The notes under the pieces: model-generated
What the model was told of the DNA's origin: nothing
Database searches by the model: none
What the model saw: only the letters and a program-made list of their open reading frames with translations
DNA from: Thalia democratica
Taxonomy: Eukaryota
DNA length: 64,000 bases
NCBI GenBank assembly: GCA_965202585.1
Contig: OZ241832.1
Coordinates: forward strand, 2,542,001-2,606,000
Reading direction: 5' to 3'
In this document: one piece after another, positions 27,360 through 39,597 of the stretch
Numbering within the stretch: the first letter of the stretch is position 1
Layout: each line of letters begins with the position of its first letter
Position numbers and translations under genes: made by a program

Positions 27360-28420
27360 GCGTCAAAGTAACCACATCTGCGGTACATTACCCCCCCCCC
27401 CCCCGCATAGTGTCAAATTAACTCATGGTAGTTGAAATGTCACCGCAAGCAAGCTAATTACGACCTCGCGGGTGACATTATTGCGGCTTGTAAGTAGCTC
27501 GCATGTACCTTGTGACGTCATAATTAAAAATGGCTAGTTTGGTTAATTTACGGCGGTTGTAAGCTTTTATTTTACAAGTTGGAAGTTTGTTTAAAGCAAT
27601 TGTAAGGTGTTTCAAAATAACGCAGGAAAACTAATTAAAAATTATCAGATAAGTTAATTATGCTACTTCAGACTAACTGTTTGTCTTTCTGCTAATGAGG
27701 CAAAGTTAAAGCGGGTTTAGCAACTTATTTGCAAATTATTTGCACGCTTAACTCAATTACTCACCACAAGATTAACTATTTATAACCAGGTGGCTGCTGC
27801 ATAACGAATTAAAACAAAATGGTCCGATTGCCTCGCTTTTAAATAGATGCTTCTATATTTAAACGCGGCATTGCAGAAGTTTACAAAACAGGTGTATAGA
27901 GGTTACCACATTGATTATAATGAAGGGCAATCAATTTAAGGCACGCGACGCGCTGATATTACTTTATATATATATATGTAATTTCACAAACAGGTTAACA
28001 CTATTATGCAGCGGGTTCACACCGGGTTATAATGCATGAGTTATCGCCACACCATAACATTAATCACGACATTTTGATTGAGCGCAGGTTCAGAATACCT
28101 GTTTGTCACCAAACACAAAACTTCTCGAGGTTCAAGCTGGTGCAGAGGTGCGCGCGCAAAAGTTGCTTTTCCCCCACAAAAAAGCTGCATTAATTTTTCA
28201 AGCGCTTTCTGTTCTCCGCTGGGCATTTCACTTAAACTGGCTTTAATTATTCAGAAATGAGCTGAAACTTCCCGCGCTCGGAATAAGTTTTTGTGGAAAT
28301 TTGCGAGGTGTTTTAGAGGTTTTTAGAGATTTAAACGTGGAAACGTGACCGGACATGTTTTCAATTAGTTTGAAAACTATTACTTTTCGATTAACCGTTT
28401 TTTATCACGTTGTAAGTATG
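27360..28420 (+). promoter_or_regulatory. Extended GC-enriched region, candidate distal promoter or enhancer of RUNX
   Basis: AACCACA 27370-27376 and TGCGGT 27379-27384, C14 run 27391-27404, TGACGTCA 27513-27520, many CpGs, ends at a GTAAGT donor consensus (28412). Confidence 0.4.
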
Positions 28421-29067
28421 TGTTTATCTGTTAGCGCGGTAAAGAAGCAATTTTTAGCGGTAACGGATAAAATTAGAGTTTTTATTGGTTAATTTGGCCC
28501 AAAGTTGTAAAAGCTAAAATGATGTAATTTTCAACGGACAAGTTTTGAATTTTAGTCGCCGAAGTTTGTTTTGCAGCAAATTCTTGAAATGTGTTAATCA
28601 GGTCTAAATTTTATATTTTATTTACAACTATGCTTGACACGTTACACTAAAATTTTTTTGCAAAAATTAAAACAGTATTTTTAATATACACAACTTTAAA
28701 AGAATTTCATGTAATGTATATAGAGTAAGGTATGACATAAATGCAAAATAGTGTAATAACTTCCTTATATTTAACATACAAAGAGAGTTCTGATAAATTT
28801 AACAAACTTTTTTAACTTAAGCTCTAAAATATTAGATTTATACCTGATTAGATGTAACAATAGAATTGTTAGTAAGATGATTCAGCGTGTTTATCTGATA
28901 ATTTTGTCTTATTTTATAATTCAACTTTTCAGAGTTCTGTCAAAGAATGATTTAGATCAAGTTCCAAAAAATTATTTTTTCACTTTTTGAGTTCTTAATC
29001 AATTTCTCAGTACCTATTCCACCTACCATCTATAGTATTTCGCGCTTTACTCATGGTTTTTCATGAT

Positions 29068-29114
29068 TGTGGTAACTAGTTAAGGATGTGTGGTAACTAA
29101 CTAGGATGTGTGGT
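29068..29114. promoter_or_regulatory. Three regularly spaced TGTGGT (RUNX core) sites in a short tandem repeat
   Basis: TGTGGT at 29068, 29089 and 29109 (21- and 20-bp spacing). Confidence 0.4.
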
Positions 29115-32100
29115 GACCTCAAACTGTGTCAGTCACTAGAAAACTTCAACATTTTGCCCGAAAAACCTGGTTTTAACTTTATTTAAAAAAAACGCGCTTT
29201 TTTTGAATAGCAATAAATCACTGGAAGTATCAATTGTTCCTCGGTTAGAAGAAACTTTCTTACTGAGAACTGGATTCTTGGTTTTTGTTGGAAACTTGCT
29301 TTGACTTCCGAGAACGTTGCTTATGAGAGAAGTTCTTTTTCTACAAAGTTGCGAAGTTTTTCTACTGCAGTTCAAAAGATTATTTGTTTGAAAGCTTGTC
29401 ACTTGCAGTAGCCTATGCACTGAGGTACACAGAACTTAGCACTGTGGTTTTAATATTGTATTTCTACATAAATTTGTTATACAGTCAGGATAAGTGGAGT
29501 GTTTAAAACAGAGCAGATTAGGTTTTAAATCAGTAATTTTAAAGTAATTAAACTTGTTCTTACTTGTGGTCAGTTTTTTTAAGTTGAAAAAAAAAAAAAA
29601 TTTTTGTTCAACTTTTTTTAAATAAAATTTCAAGCTTCACAGCGCTTAACAGTTATTTACCGAAAATTTCTTACAAATCTCAGTAAAGCTTCAAACGGCT
29701 ATTAATAGCAGTTAAGCTTGGTGTAGCTTTCCAGTATAAGTGCATTCTGTATTTTACATTATGAAAAGTATTTTACAAAGTATTTTGCATTGTTAACTAT
29801 GCAAGCGTGTCAAAATATTTTGCTGAAGAATATTTCAAATATTGAATGTGTGCAGAATATTTTACGGTAAAATAAATTACTACCATATCGAGCGTTTAGT
29901 TGAAATATCTTGCCGCTAACTTTTATGTTGAATGAAATTACTAAGTAAACTGAATATTTTTTGCTGATAACATCTAAACAACTAGATTATTTTCGAACAG
30001 ATGTGTTTCGTAGTTTTTACTTAAAATTTTTAATAGTGAAATTTGTTCTCTAAATATAACTTAGATAAATTTAATTATGGTTTTGTTAGAAAAAAAAACG
30101 CTAATTTTGTTTGAATGAAACCACTTATAGTTGTTGAACAACTTGAACTTATAACATATAAGATTATGTTAAGTTCCTAGTTTTCCTCGTAACTTTTTAT
30201 TTACAAATTTTTGTATTAAATTTCGGTAAGCATTTTTTGTTTCTTTACTTTATTTACGTAACTTAGCAAGCAAATTAAAATTTTAAACACTGCTGGTTAC
30301 ATTTTCATAACCAGCACACTTTTGCATGTTTTGTTAACCTTACAAAGTTGTAAGCCCGCAACTAAAAACATAATTGCACCATAAAAACCAAAAACCTGCA
30401 ACAAACTGGCCACATTTTCAAAACCTGTTACAAATCAGTAAAGCAGCCGCTAAAAACTTGATTGCTTTTTTCCACAACCCGCCATTCCGCTCAGTAATTT
30501 TCCGCGCAAACTACAGCAAGCACTGTGAAGTTCTCATGCATGGAAGCTCGTATTACTTGTTTCAACACTCAGGAAGCAGCTATTTTGACAGCCAGTAATT
30601 AGAAAATACTGGGAAGAAATTTGCGCAGTGGAATTTGTAATAGGATAGTCTCGCAGACGGTGTTGAATTACTTCTCTTTTGTGTTACTTCACACTGTATA
30701 GACTGCGCGGGCTGTTGATTGAATTTTTATACTCTCGATATTTGAGTTTGCTTTGTTTTAGGTTACTGTTGATAGATTAATTTACTTGTTTTTGTCAGCT
30801 TTAATTTACAAATCGTATTTGTAGAATTTTTTCTATTAGAAAAAACTAAGTTTCTTTATTTAGAAATTAAATTCTTTTTTATTAATAAGTTTTCATAAAC
30901 AGCTTGTTATTTTCTTATTTGAGTTTTTCATACAAATATTTACAACTTTTTACTTAGCTTTATTATAAATAAACTTTTTTTATTAGATGCACCTATTTTT
31001 ATTTCAAGTAGTCGTATAAATATCAACTTAAAAATTAGTTGATTAATATCAGTAAAAGCACTTAAAAAATGCAGTTACGTTTATATAGGGCTAAACGTAC
31101 TGTCGTTAAGCACTTAGAACTTTTACGACTTTCTTAATATCACAAATTTTGTTACACAACAGCACGAATAAAAATACTTTTTACAAAGACTAGGTCATAA
31201 ATAATTCGCTTTGTAATCTGAAAATATTTATTTTGAAGCTTTCACTAATATTTTCGGAAGATAGAAAACAATAAGTTTTTTTATCCAACATAGTTGTGAC
31301 TTACTTTAAAGCGGAGAGGCGAATTAATCTGCTCATGTAGCAGTTACACTGTTGAAAGCCTGATTGAAATTAAGACAGGTTGAAAACAGAAAGCCTGTTG
31401 TTTACGAGATAATTTTCTTCTGCTGAGATAAGTTTCAAGTTTTTCTGCTTTTTAACACAAAGGAAATACCAATTAGTTTCGGGATATGTTATTCACAATA
31501 GCTACTTTTATTGGCAATTTAGAATGTCGATATAAAGTTTTATTTGTTTAAAAGTTCTAATGGAGATTTCCGTTATTTTGTTTTATCATTTTTGTTAATA
31601 AAAAATTTTAATATGAGGAGCTTATGTTTATTTTAGTTTAATTTATACTTTATTTTTTCTGCATAAAGTGGTACATATTTATCTATAAAAAGTATTAAAT
31701 AAGTAATAAGTAAGCAAATAAATAATAACAACAAAATGCAAAAATGCTCATTTAAAAGTTGCTTTGTTGTAGATTTTGAAATATTTACGCTTATAAATCA
31801 TTGATTAGCTTTTTGCATATTAGCTTTGCTTACTTTTAAAGCTACATTTTTTCTTTACAATGCTTAATTTTAGCAAAACAAAAAACCTCATGTTGTTTTA
31901 AGAAAATTGGTTTAAAACATTTTAAACAACAAAACTTTTAAAGGCTTAACTTACAACAGTAATTTTTATATACTTCTAATGATGCAAAACTTGTGCATTT
32001 TATCCACTTAACTTTACCACTTGAACAAGTTTATCAAAATGATAACAATAAATTTTTAACCACCAACATTTTAGCGACTTTCTAGGCACGAGACATATAA

Positions 32101-35100
32101 TCACCTAGCTGAACAAAAACAAGTTTGGAAATAATAAAATAAAAAAAAATAGAAAAATAAAATAAAGTTTATTTCAAGTCTTGGCTGCCATTCAGGCTTT
32201 CGTTTACCCGGTAGCCACTTTGAAACTTAATTTTATCTATCAATAAAATTTCGCTTTATTTTTTTCTGCATAAAGTGGCTTTACAAACTGACAGTGTTTG
32301 GTTTGTTAACGACAAGAAAACTTTTGTGGAAATTTTCGAGGTTTTTTTTTTAATTTTTAGTCAAGTAACTAGTGTACTCGAGACTCTATACTTTTTTTTT
32401 TTTTTTGAAACATGATACTTTAAAACTTATTTTTCAGTCTTGCGCAACTGTTTAGTTCAGTTTAAAAAACTGGAAAACTAAAATAAAAAATTGGTACTTA
32501 TTTTATTTGTTTAAACATAAATAGAGTTAGTTCAGCTTTTATTTTATATTAGGTAAATGTGATTATTTCAGTAATAAAATTTTATCTTTTAGTTTTAAAA
32601 ATATATATATTAAAGTTTTTATTGAAAAGTTATTTTTTAAGGGTTTACAAGTTTTCTACAACAAGCTAAACTAGTTAATTATTTTACTTTAACTAATTAA
32701 ATTAGTTAAATAGTTTTAATTTTCAAGCATAGCTTGTTAACAGCTGAAATATATTTAATATTTTTTCAGCTATTGTTGTAAGTAGTTTTAAGTACATACA
32801 ATTAAAAAAATTTTTATGAATTTTTTTCAAATTATCCCAAATTTATAAACAGCTACTTCTTTATTGTAATACTTATACGTTTTTAATTAATTCTAAAATA
32901 GTCAAATTTAAAAAAGTTTTAAGATTATTTTGGGTGTTTAAACACTAAAACAATACTAAACACATTTATATATGTATGTTTTGTATTGTACTTAGATATT
33001 GCTTAACATACAGTTGTGTGTCGGCAGTATTTAAATAAACGAATTCTTAACAGCTTGATTTAAACATTATAACTTATTATCAGTTTATAACAAAAACTAT
33101 AAACTGTATATAGTGAAAGTAACAAGTTTTAAAATTTTACAAATCTAAATATACATATATACAATTATATATTGTGAGCTCTCAACTATTTTTGAATATG
33201 TATATAGAAAAGACAAAATAAATTACTTTACATATAGCAAGCTTTGATATCAGTTAAGCCAACACATACTAACAGACTTACTAATCCTTATATAACAATT
33301 ACTACGTGACTGCTACATCGCAGAGGTCAGTTACCAACTACGATGGTTCAACTGGTTACTTATGGTGGAGGGTCAAACGAAATCAATTTGGAAGTTCAGT
33401 TAAGTTCTCTAGTTCTTGCAAACAAGTCGGCATTCTTAAATTCCTCGCCACTTAAAATATTACGAACGCGTGCGAAGGTTTATGTAGAAAGTTTGATAAA
33501 ATTTGCATAACTTTGTAGCATTTCAATTAAGAAGTTGCTTTTTTTCATTAAGATTGAACAAGTAAGCTACTAGAAGTTTTCAATAATATTAGATAAAGTT
33601 TGCAAATGTAAGTTATAAACATGTTTTAAACTTTTTAAATAATTTGATGCTTTGTTAGAGTACAATTAAATACACGATCACTTTTAATGCTGTTCAGATT
33701 GAATGTTTTTATAATAAGCTACAAATAATGATTAGCCCTGCAAGTTATGTAGTAAAAACATAATGTAAAAAGTAGAAAGAAAACTTTCTTATGCTTGAAA
33801 GTGGTCAAAAATAGATAAAAATGAAACAATATAAATGTGGCACTATAATGCTATGCTTGCACAAAATTTTATAAAAAATTTTGAAGCCAGTTAGTTACAA
33901 TTTAAAAAGTTTAGAGCTGTTAAGCATGAAATTTAAAGATTTTTAAATAAAAAGTTTTTTCAACAGTGTTAGTAAAACATCGTAAGTTTTCCATTTCATT
34001 ATGATACCGTGTGCAAAAAAGCATTAGCGATTTTCATACCTAAACAATTTTTTAACCACAATTTAATATTATTACTAAGCTCGTATTTAAAAAATGATTA
34101 ACATCATCGTTAAACATGAAGTATTATTTAAGCTTGTTAGTTATCAAATTTAATACGCTAGCTGTTTATTTTAGAACTAGATAGCTGTATGTTCTAAAAC
34201 GTTTGCAAGTTTGTATGCTTTTCAAAGTTATTAGTTTATTTTTACTTTCAAGGTACGAGTGAAAATATTTATAATTTATCAACTAAAAACAAGCGATGCT
34301 TTGTAAATTGTTGACTTATCAATTCTCACGGAACCCGCATACTATTAAATGAAGTTTTATAATCAAATTAAGTTAATTTAGTTCTAAAATACGCGTGCCG
34401 GGATTTCATTAAATACATAAACAATGAACTTTAAATTTCGAAGATTAAAAACTATATTTTAAATATAAACTTCAAAACTATAAAGTATTATTTTCAAAGT
34501 TTCAACTGAAACGCTTGTATTTTTTTATTAAGCTTGTTAGAATAGCTTTAAAACTTTCAAGTTTTTGTAAACTTCTCCATACAAACTAAGTAATTTGTTT
34601 TTATTGTACTAACCGAAAAAAAACTACAAAGTTTCAAACTTTGTTTTTGACAGTTTATTGAAAGCTATATGATTTCTTAAAAAAAAACACTCATTGACTG
34701 ACACTGTCAACTCATAATGACATTACTTAAACTGTTTCTTATTTTTTATTACATCTTTATAAGTTACTAAACTTCTGTATAAACTGTTTAACATCTATAA
34801 AAGTTATTTAACCGGTAATTAGTTTTCATAACTTCTTTTCATCTTTAACCCACCACGAATGCTACTACAAACTGTTTGATCTACAACCGCACCTTAGTGT
34901 TATATAAAATTGTTTTGATGTTTCGGGTAGTTATATTATACTCACCATTTCGTTTACTAATACTTATATAAACTTTAATGATTTTATAATACAGGTAGTT
35001 AGATTGGTCAAATCTTCATTCCATATTTTTATATCCTTCTTTTAAAGTTTACCATGCTTTATTTTTCAAGTGTATTTTTTTTACAAAATAAAAGTTTTAA

Positions 35101-36099
35101 ACACTTTATTTCACATTAAATTTTTCATCATGACTAAATTAAGCTTTTTACAATTGTTTTTACTATTTTACACCATTTTATACTCTCTGTTTACAAATTA
35201 AATCTCACAACTCCACTAATAAAAAGATTAATACTTTTACGTTGAAAAGGATATAAAATTGTGATTGGAATTTTGTAATTAATCATACTTTAGTTCTCAA
35301 TGTTTATTTTTAATTTTTTATAATCCGATTAAATTTTTCACCCATGACAGTGAAGCGAGTGTTTCTCGAAAATATTGCGGCTTTTTGAAAAATTGATTGT
35401 CAAATTTTCAATTTTAAATCCGACACATTGTAATTAAAAATGTAAAAATACAAAAACGATGATGAAAAACAACTTTTCTGGTTGCTTTGTTTTATATAAG
35501 TTTTGAAAAAAAAAAAAAAAAGGTAATTATTTTTGTACCCATTTGAATGTATTGTTCAAAGATTTTTTTTAATTTAGCTTCGGGTTGTATTAATTATAGA
35601 AATTGCAAATATTTTTTATGTAAATGAATTCAATTGTTATCAATTGATCATTCATTCAGACATTTTCAATTTATATGATGAAGCATATAAAAGTTGATTA
35701 CGAAATTTATAACAATTAAAATCTAGTTAAGTTAAAGTTTTGTTATTGTGAAACGTAATATACTGCATATTTTTCTTTTTGCAGAATTTATTATAAAAAA
35801 GTTTGGCTGTAACAAAAGAAAAATTTTTGGATGTAAGTTTCTTGTTGTAGACATATAATTAATTAAGCTTTTTTTTTTTGAACTGAAATAAACTTTAGTT
35901 GTATTTATGACTATTATTTGTTATACATATTAGGTTTCCAATGTTTTATTGAACAAAAATAAAATAAATAATATTTTGTTTGTTTAAACAACCTCTTTTA
36001 AAACTTCCGATCACGGAAAAGCTAAAAAGTCACAAACCACTAAAACGTGCCACAAGAAAAAATTTACAAAAAAAACTTTTCACAAAAAAGCGCACAAAT

Positions 36100-36340
36100 T
36101 TGTCAAAGTGGAAAATAATCGCCAACTCATCCACCGCTTAAGCGCCCGCAAAATCGCACATTGTGACGTCATAGTGCTCGTTTGTTTGCTCGCGTCGTCG
36201 TAATACCTGGAAGTCAAACCCCCACCGCGACATGTTTGCTGCCGGTGCAGTTTTGGTTGTTTTTAGACGGGATTAGAAGCTGTTCGGTTCGAAATCTGAA
36301 AATTGCGGATTTTCTTTACCTGGCAATTCGTAAGAATTTA
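36100..36340. promoter_or_regulatory. CpG-rich island with CRE, candidate promoter or enhancer
   Basis: TGACGTCA 36164-36171, CpG-dense, possible donor C|GTAAGA near 36330. Confidence 0.45.
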
Positions 36341-38379
36341 GGTTCAACTTATTTATCAAAGTAGTTTTTCTAGAGTGTTTTGTTAATTTTCCCGTGTTTT
36401 ACTTTATAGTTTATTGAACGATAAAAGGAGCGCTCAAAAAGTTTGGTCTAAGGACCTGGTGAACGAAAAAAACTTTCGGTTATCGTTTTGATTGGAAAAT
36501 TTAATGATAGGTTTGTAATAAAAATTTTTATTACAAATTTATTTTAATAAATTAATTAATAATTTGTTTTAATATATTGCGATCAGTGTTTAAATTATAA
36601 TTTCAGTTTGTATTAAAACAAAATGATTTCAGAAAATTTGTAAGCACAAATTATTATTTTTATAAGGAGTAATTTATTGGAGTTTTTCCAACAATATAAT
36701 GTAAAAATATTATTTTGTTCTTATCTTAACATAAATGCGACATAAACTCAGATAACGGGTTATTTATATACAAGACACATATTTAGTATTTGTAGATAAG
36801 ATAAACGTATGTGATATAAAGTAAGTGTTTTACAAACATTTAAGTTCAAAGTGCTACATAAATAAAACTATTCATAAATACTCGGACTTCTCTAAGTGCA
36901 ACAAAATACAGTACTTTTGTTATATATATAAATTAAATATACCTAAGCTTGCATTATAATTTTGCTGGGAAAAATAAGTAGTTAGAGTTTTATTAAATTT
37001 GTATATCAAATGTGTTCTAAATTTTTTTTAATTTCAAGTACTTAAACACTGTTTTAATACGGTTTAAATAATCAACTATGACATATCTTACATTGAGTAA
37101 AGTGTAGTGAAAAAAGTAACAGCTTTAAAAAGTTAAGCGCTAATTCAAGCATTTTAATCAGATTTGTTGTATTATAAAACCAATTGATTTAATTATAATC
37201 TGCAAATAAATCAACCTGAGTGCTGTTTTGTTAGCGGATTAATCCTTTCAAGTTTTGATTTTATAGTGAAAAAAAAACAGTTATTTTCTCAATTGATCAA
37301 AACACTACTGTGCATCCGCTTCACAACCATTGAAACAATTCATCAACTTTTGTTAATCATCTTGCAACAAAAGAAAAGTGATTTGTGTATAAAGTTGATA
37401 ACCTTGGTTGACTTTTGTTTATCTACGATGTGTTTTACTTTTAATATTTCTAATTACAAATTTTAAGTGTTAATTTTAAAAAATAATTAACTTTTTTGAT
37501 TTATCAGTGTAACAAGTTAAATTCTTATAAACATTTTATATATTAATTTAGCTCAGTTGCTAATGTTATTAAACTATCTATTGTTTTCCAAATATATGTT
37601 TATTCCCTAATTTTTTTTGATTGATTAGTGTGTCCCTTACAAAGACAAAAAATTCACATCCTTCTAAAGCAAACAAACCAATTTACACAGTCTGTTTCCT
37701 TTTATTACTATCTTACAATAAACATCTATCATAGAAATTTTCAGTACACATTTTCACAATTGTTTTTTGACAGATTAGTTTGTTCCTGCGATAATTCCTT
37801 GCATCCAATTTCCCACCAAACTTTTACACAAAATGATAACTCACACACATAGGTGGACTACCTAAAGCAAACAAATGTTCGAAAACGTTCACACAAGCAA
37901 AACGCACAAGAACATATCTGTTGGGAGGCATGATTGCAATGGGGGGTTATGTTGCTTCCTATCTGCTTCCTAACAGCTGCTGTTATCTTAATGCGTGTGT
38001 GTGGAAATCTTATCAAGTCTGGGAAAGATTTCTCTGCACAATATGTCAAAGTTTTCTTTGAGAGTTTCTTGCACTTTCGCTTATTAAATTTTAATTTGGG
38101 AATGTTTTTTGGCGGCTAATGCACGAATGTTCTCAAAAAATTTCTCACATTTTATCTTTGTTTTCTGTTTTTCTTTTTTTAAGCTTTTAATCCGGATATT
38201 CTTCTGCTCAAGACTAAACTTTTCTTTCTTAAACTTTAAAATCAAGTTGTATTTTTGCCTTTCCATAGCTTTCTAAATACTGAGTACTTTTGAAATAAAA
38301 CTATAGAGTAAAAATATTTCATAAAATGTTTGCAGTGTTTCAACCAACTTTGGATTAATTCACAAAAATCAGCGCAGAA

Positions 38380-39300
38380 TGAGCAGACGAAATTGTTCGC
38401 GTCGCAGGAAAAGTCAACAAGTGATTACAAGCTTAAAAGTTTCAACGCCAAGTTCCAAGCGCGCCCACACAACACACACAGCAGCAGCAGAAAGCGCAAA
38501 AGTTGCCGCAACTCTCTCGTTTTCGCAACTCTCTCGAAACTTTCAGCTCTCTCGAATTGTCGCCTGTTGCGTTGCGTCGTTCCCGCTGGCCGGCCGCTCG
38601 CTCCAGTCTGCCGCCTGCTGTGTGCGACGCCAACTACGTGTCTCGGTGGCAATTGTGTAATTAATTACTTTTCTCTACTCTGCTGCTGCTAGTTGAAAGG
38701 CTTCCTCTTCACAAAAGTTATTTTTAACTTTTTTCTTTCTGCTTTCTGCTCAAGTTGCTTGCAGTCAATGAGAAGTTTTTTTGTTGGAAGTTTTTTTTTG
38801 TTTCAGCTTTTTGTTTGCCAACAAAAAAAAAGTTGGAAGTCAAGCGTTTTTGGGTCGATACTTTTTGTCGAAAAGCTGCAGAATATTTTGTTACCCAATT
38901 ACTTTAGTTTAGTAATATTTTTTTTAAATGTTGTCAAACCTTTCATGTATAGAAAACGTGTCTCTTACAACGGGTTTAACTTTATATTTACGTCTTATCT
39001 TAATCCCGTCTGTTTACCACCAAAACATCAAAAGTGTTTCCACTTTCCAATTTACCCAATCAATCAAATTACTTAATCCTTACCCTCGCTTGGCCCTGCT
39101 CTGAAATATTTGCTGCGCCAAAACGGCCGAATGCAAAAGTGGCACCCGGGGCGGCGTCGTACGAAGTATTCGAAGCGCGCGCAAAAATAATTATTAAAAA
39201 ATAAGTGAGAGAGTGGAGAAAGAAAAAAAAATTGAACAGAAAATATTTGCAGCCTAAGTTGTAGTTATTGTGCAGACGGTGTGGTGGCACAGACGTGTTA
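38380..39300 (+). promoter_or_regulatory. Largest CpG-rich region, probable proximal RUNX promoter/5' UTR
   Basis: Two very GC/CpG-rich patches (~38440-38660, ~39080-39185) about 3.3-4 kb upstream of the first coding exon; three CTCTCTCG motifs; overlapping ORFs have no recognisable product. Confidence 0.55.
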
Positions 39301-39382
39301 GAAATATTTTCAACCGGTAGCAGTTATGTTTTCTGATATTTTTTTCAGAGGTATTTACTGCCCGAGGGGAAGATGACACTGC

Positions 39383-39597
39383 TGAAGTGTAGAAAAAAGT
39401 TTGTAGTTTTTCATGCAATACACAAAATGAAGTGTAGAAAAAGTTTGTAGTTTTTCATGCAATACACAAAATGAAGTTGAGAAAAAAGTTTGTAATTTTT
39501 CATGCAATACACAAAACGAGGTGTAGAAAAAAGTTTGTAGTTTTTCATGCAATACACAAACTGAAGTGTAGAAAAAAGTTTGTAATTTTTTATGCAT
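39383..39597. repeat. 44-46-bp tandem repeat, 5 copies
   Basis: Unit TGAAGTGTAGAAAAAAGTTTGTAGTTTTTCATGCAATACACAAAA. Confidence 0.95.

Noticed and set aside
38330-39290. Cluster of ORFs on both strands (63-127 aa)
   Set aside because: Typical stop-poor CpG-rich promoter sequence; low-complexity products with no homology recognised.
39355-39597. Repeat arrays (also 21366-21885 and 49632-49910) as CRISPR arrays; 80-aa repetitive ORF
   Set aside because: Units are contiguous with no unique spacers, there are no cas genes, and the context is eukaryotic; the ORF is a repeat artefact.
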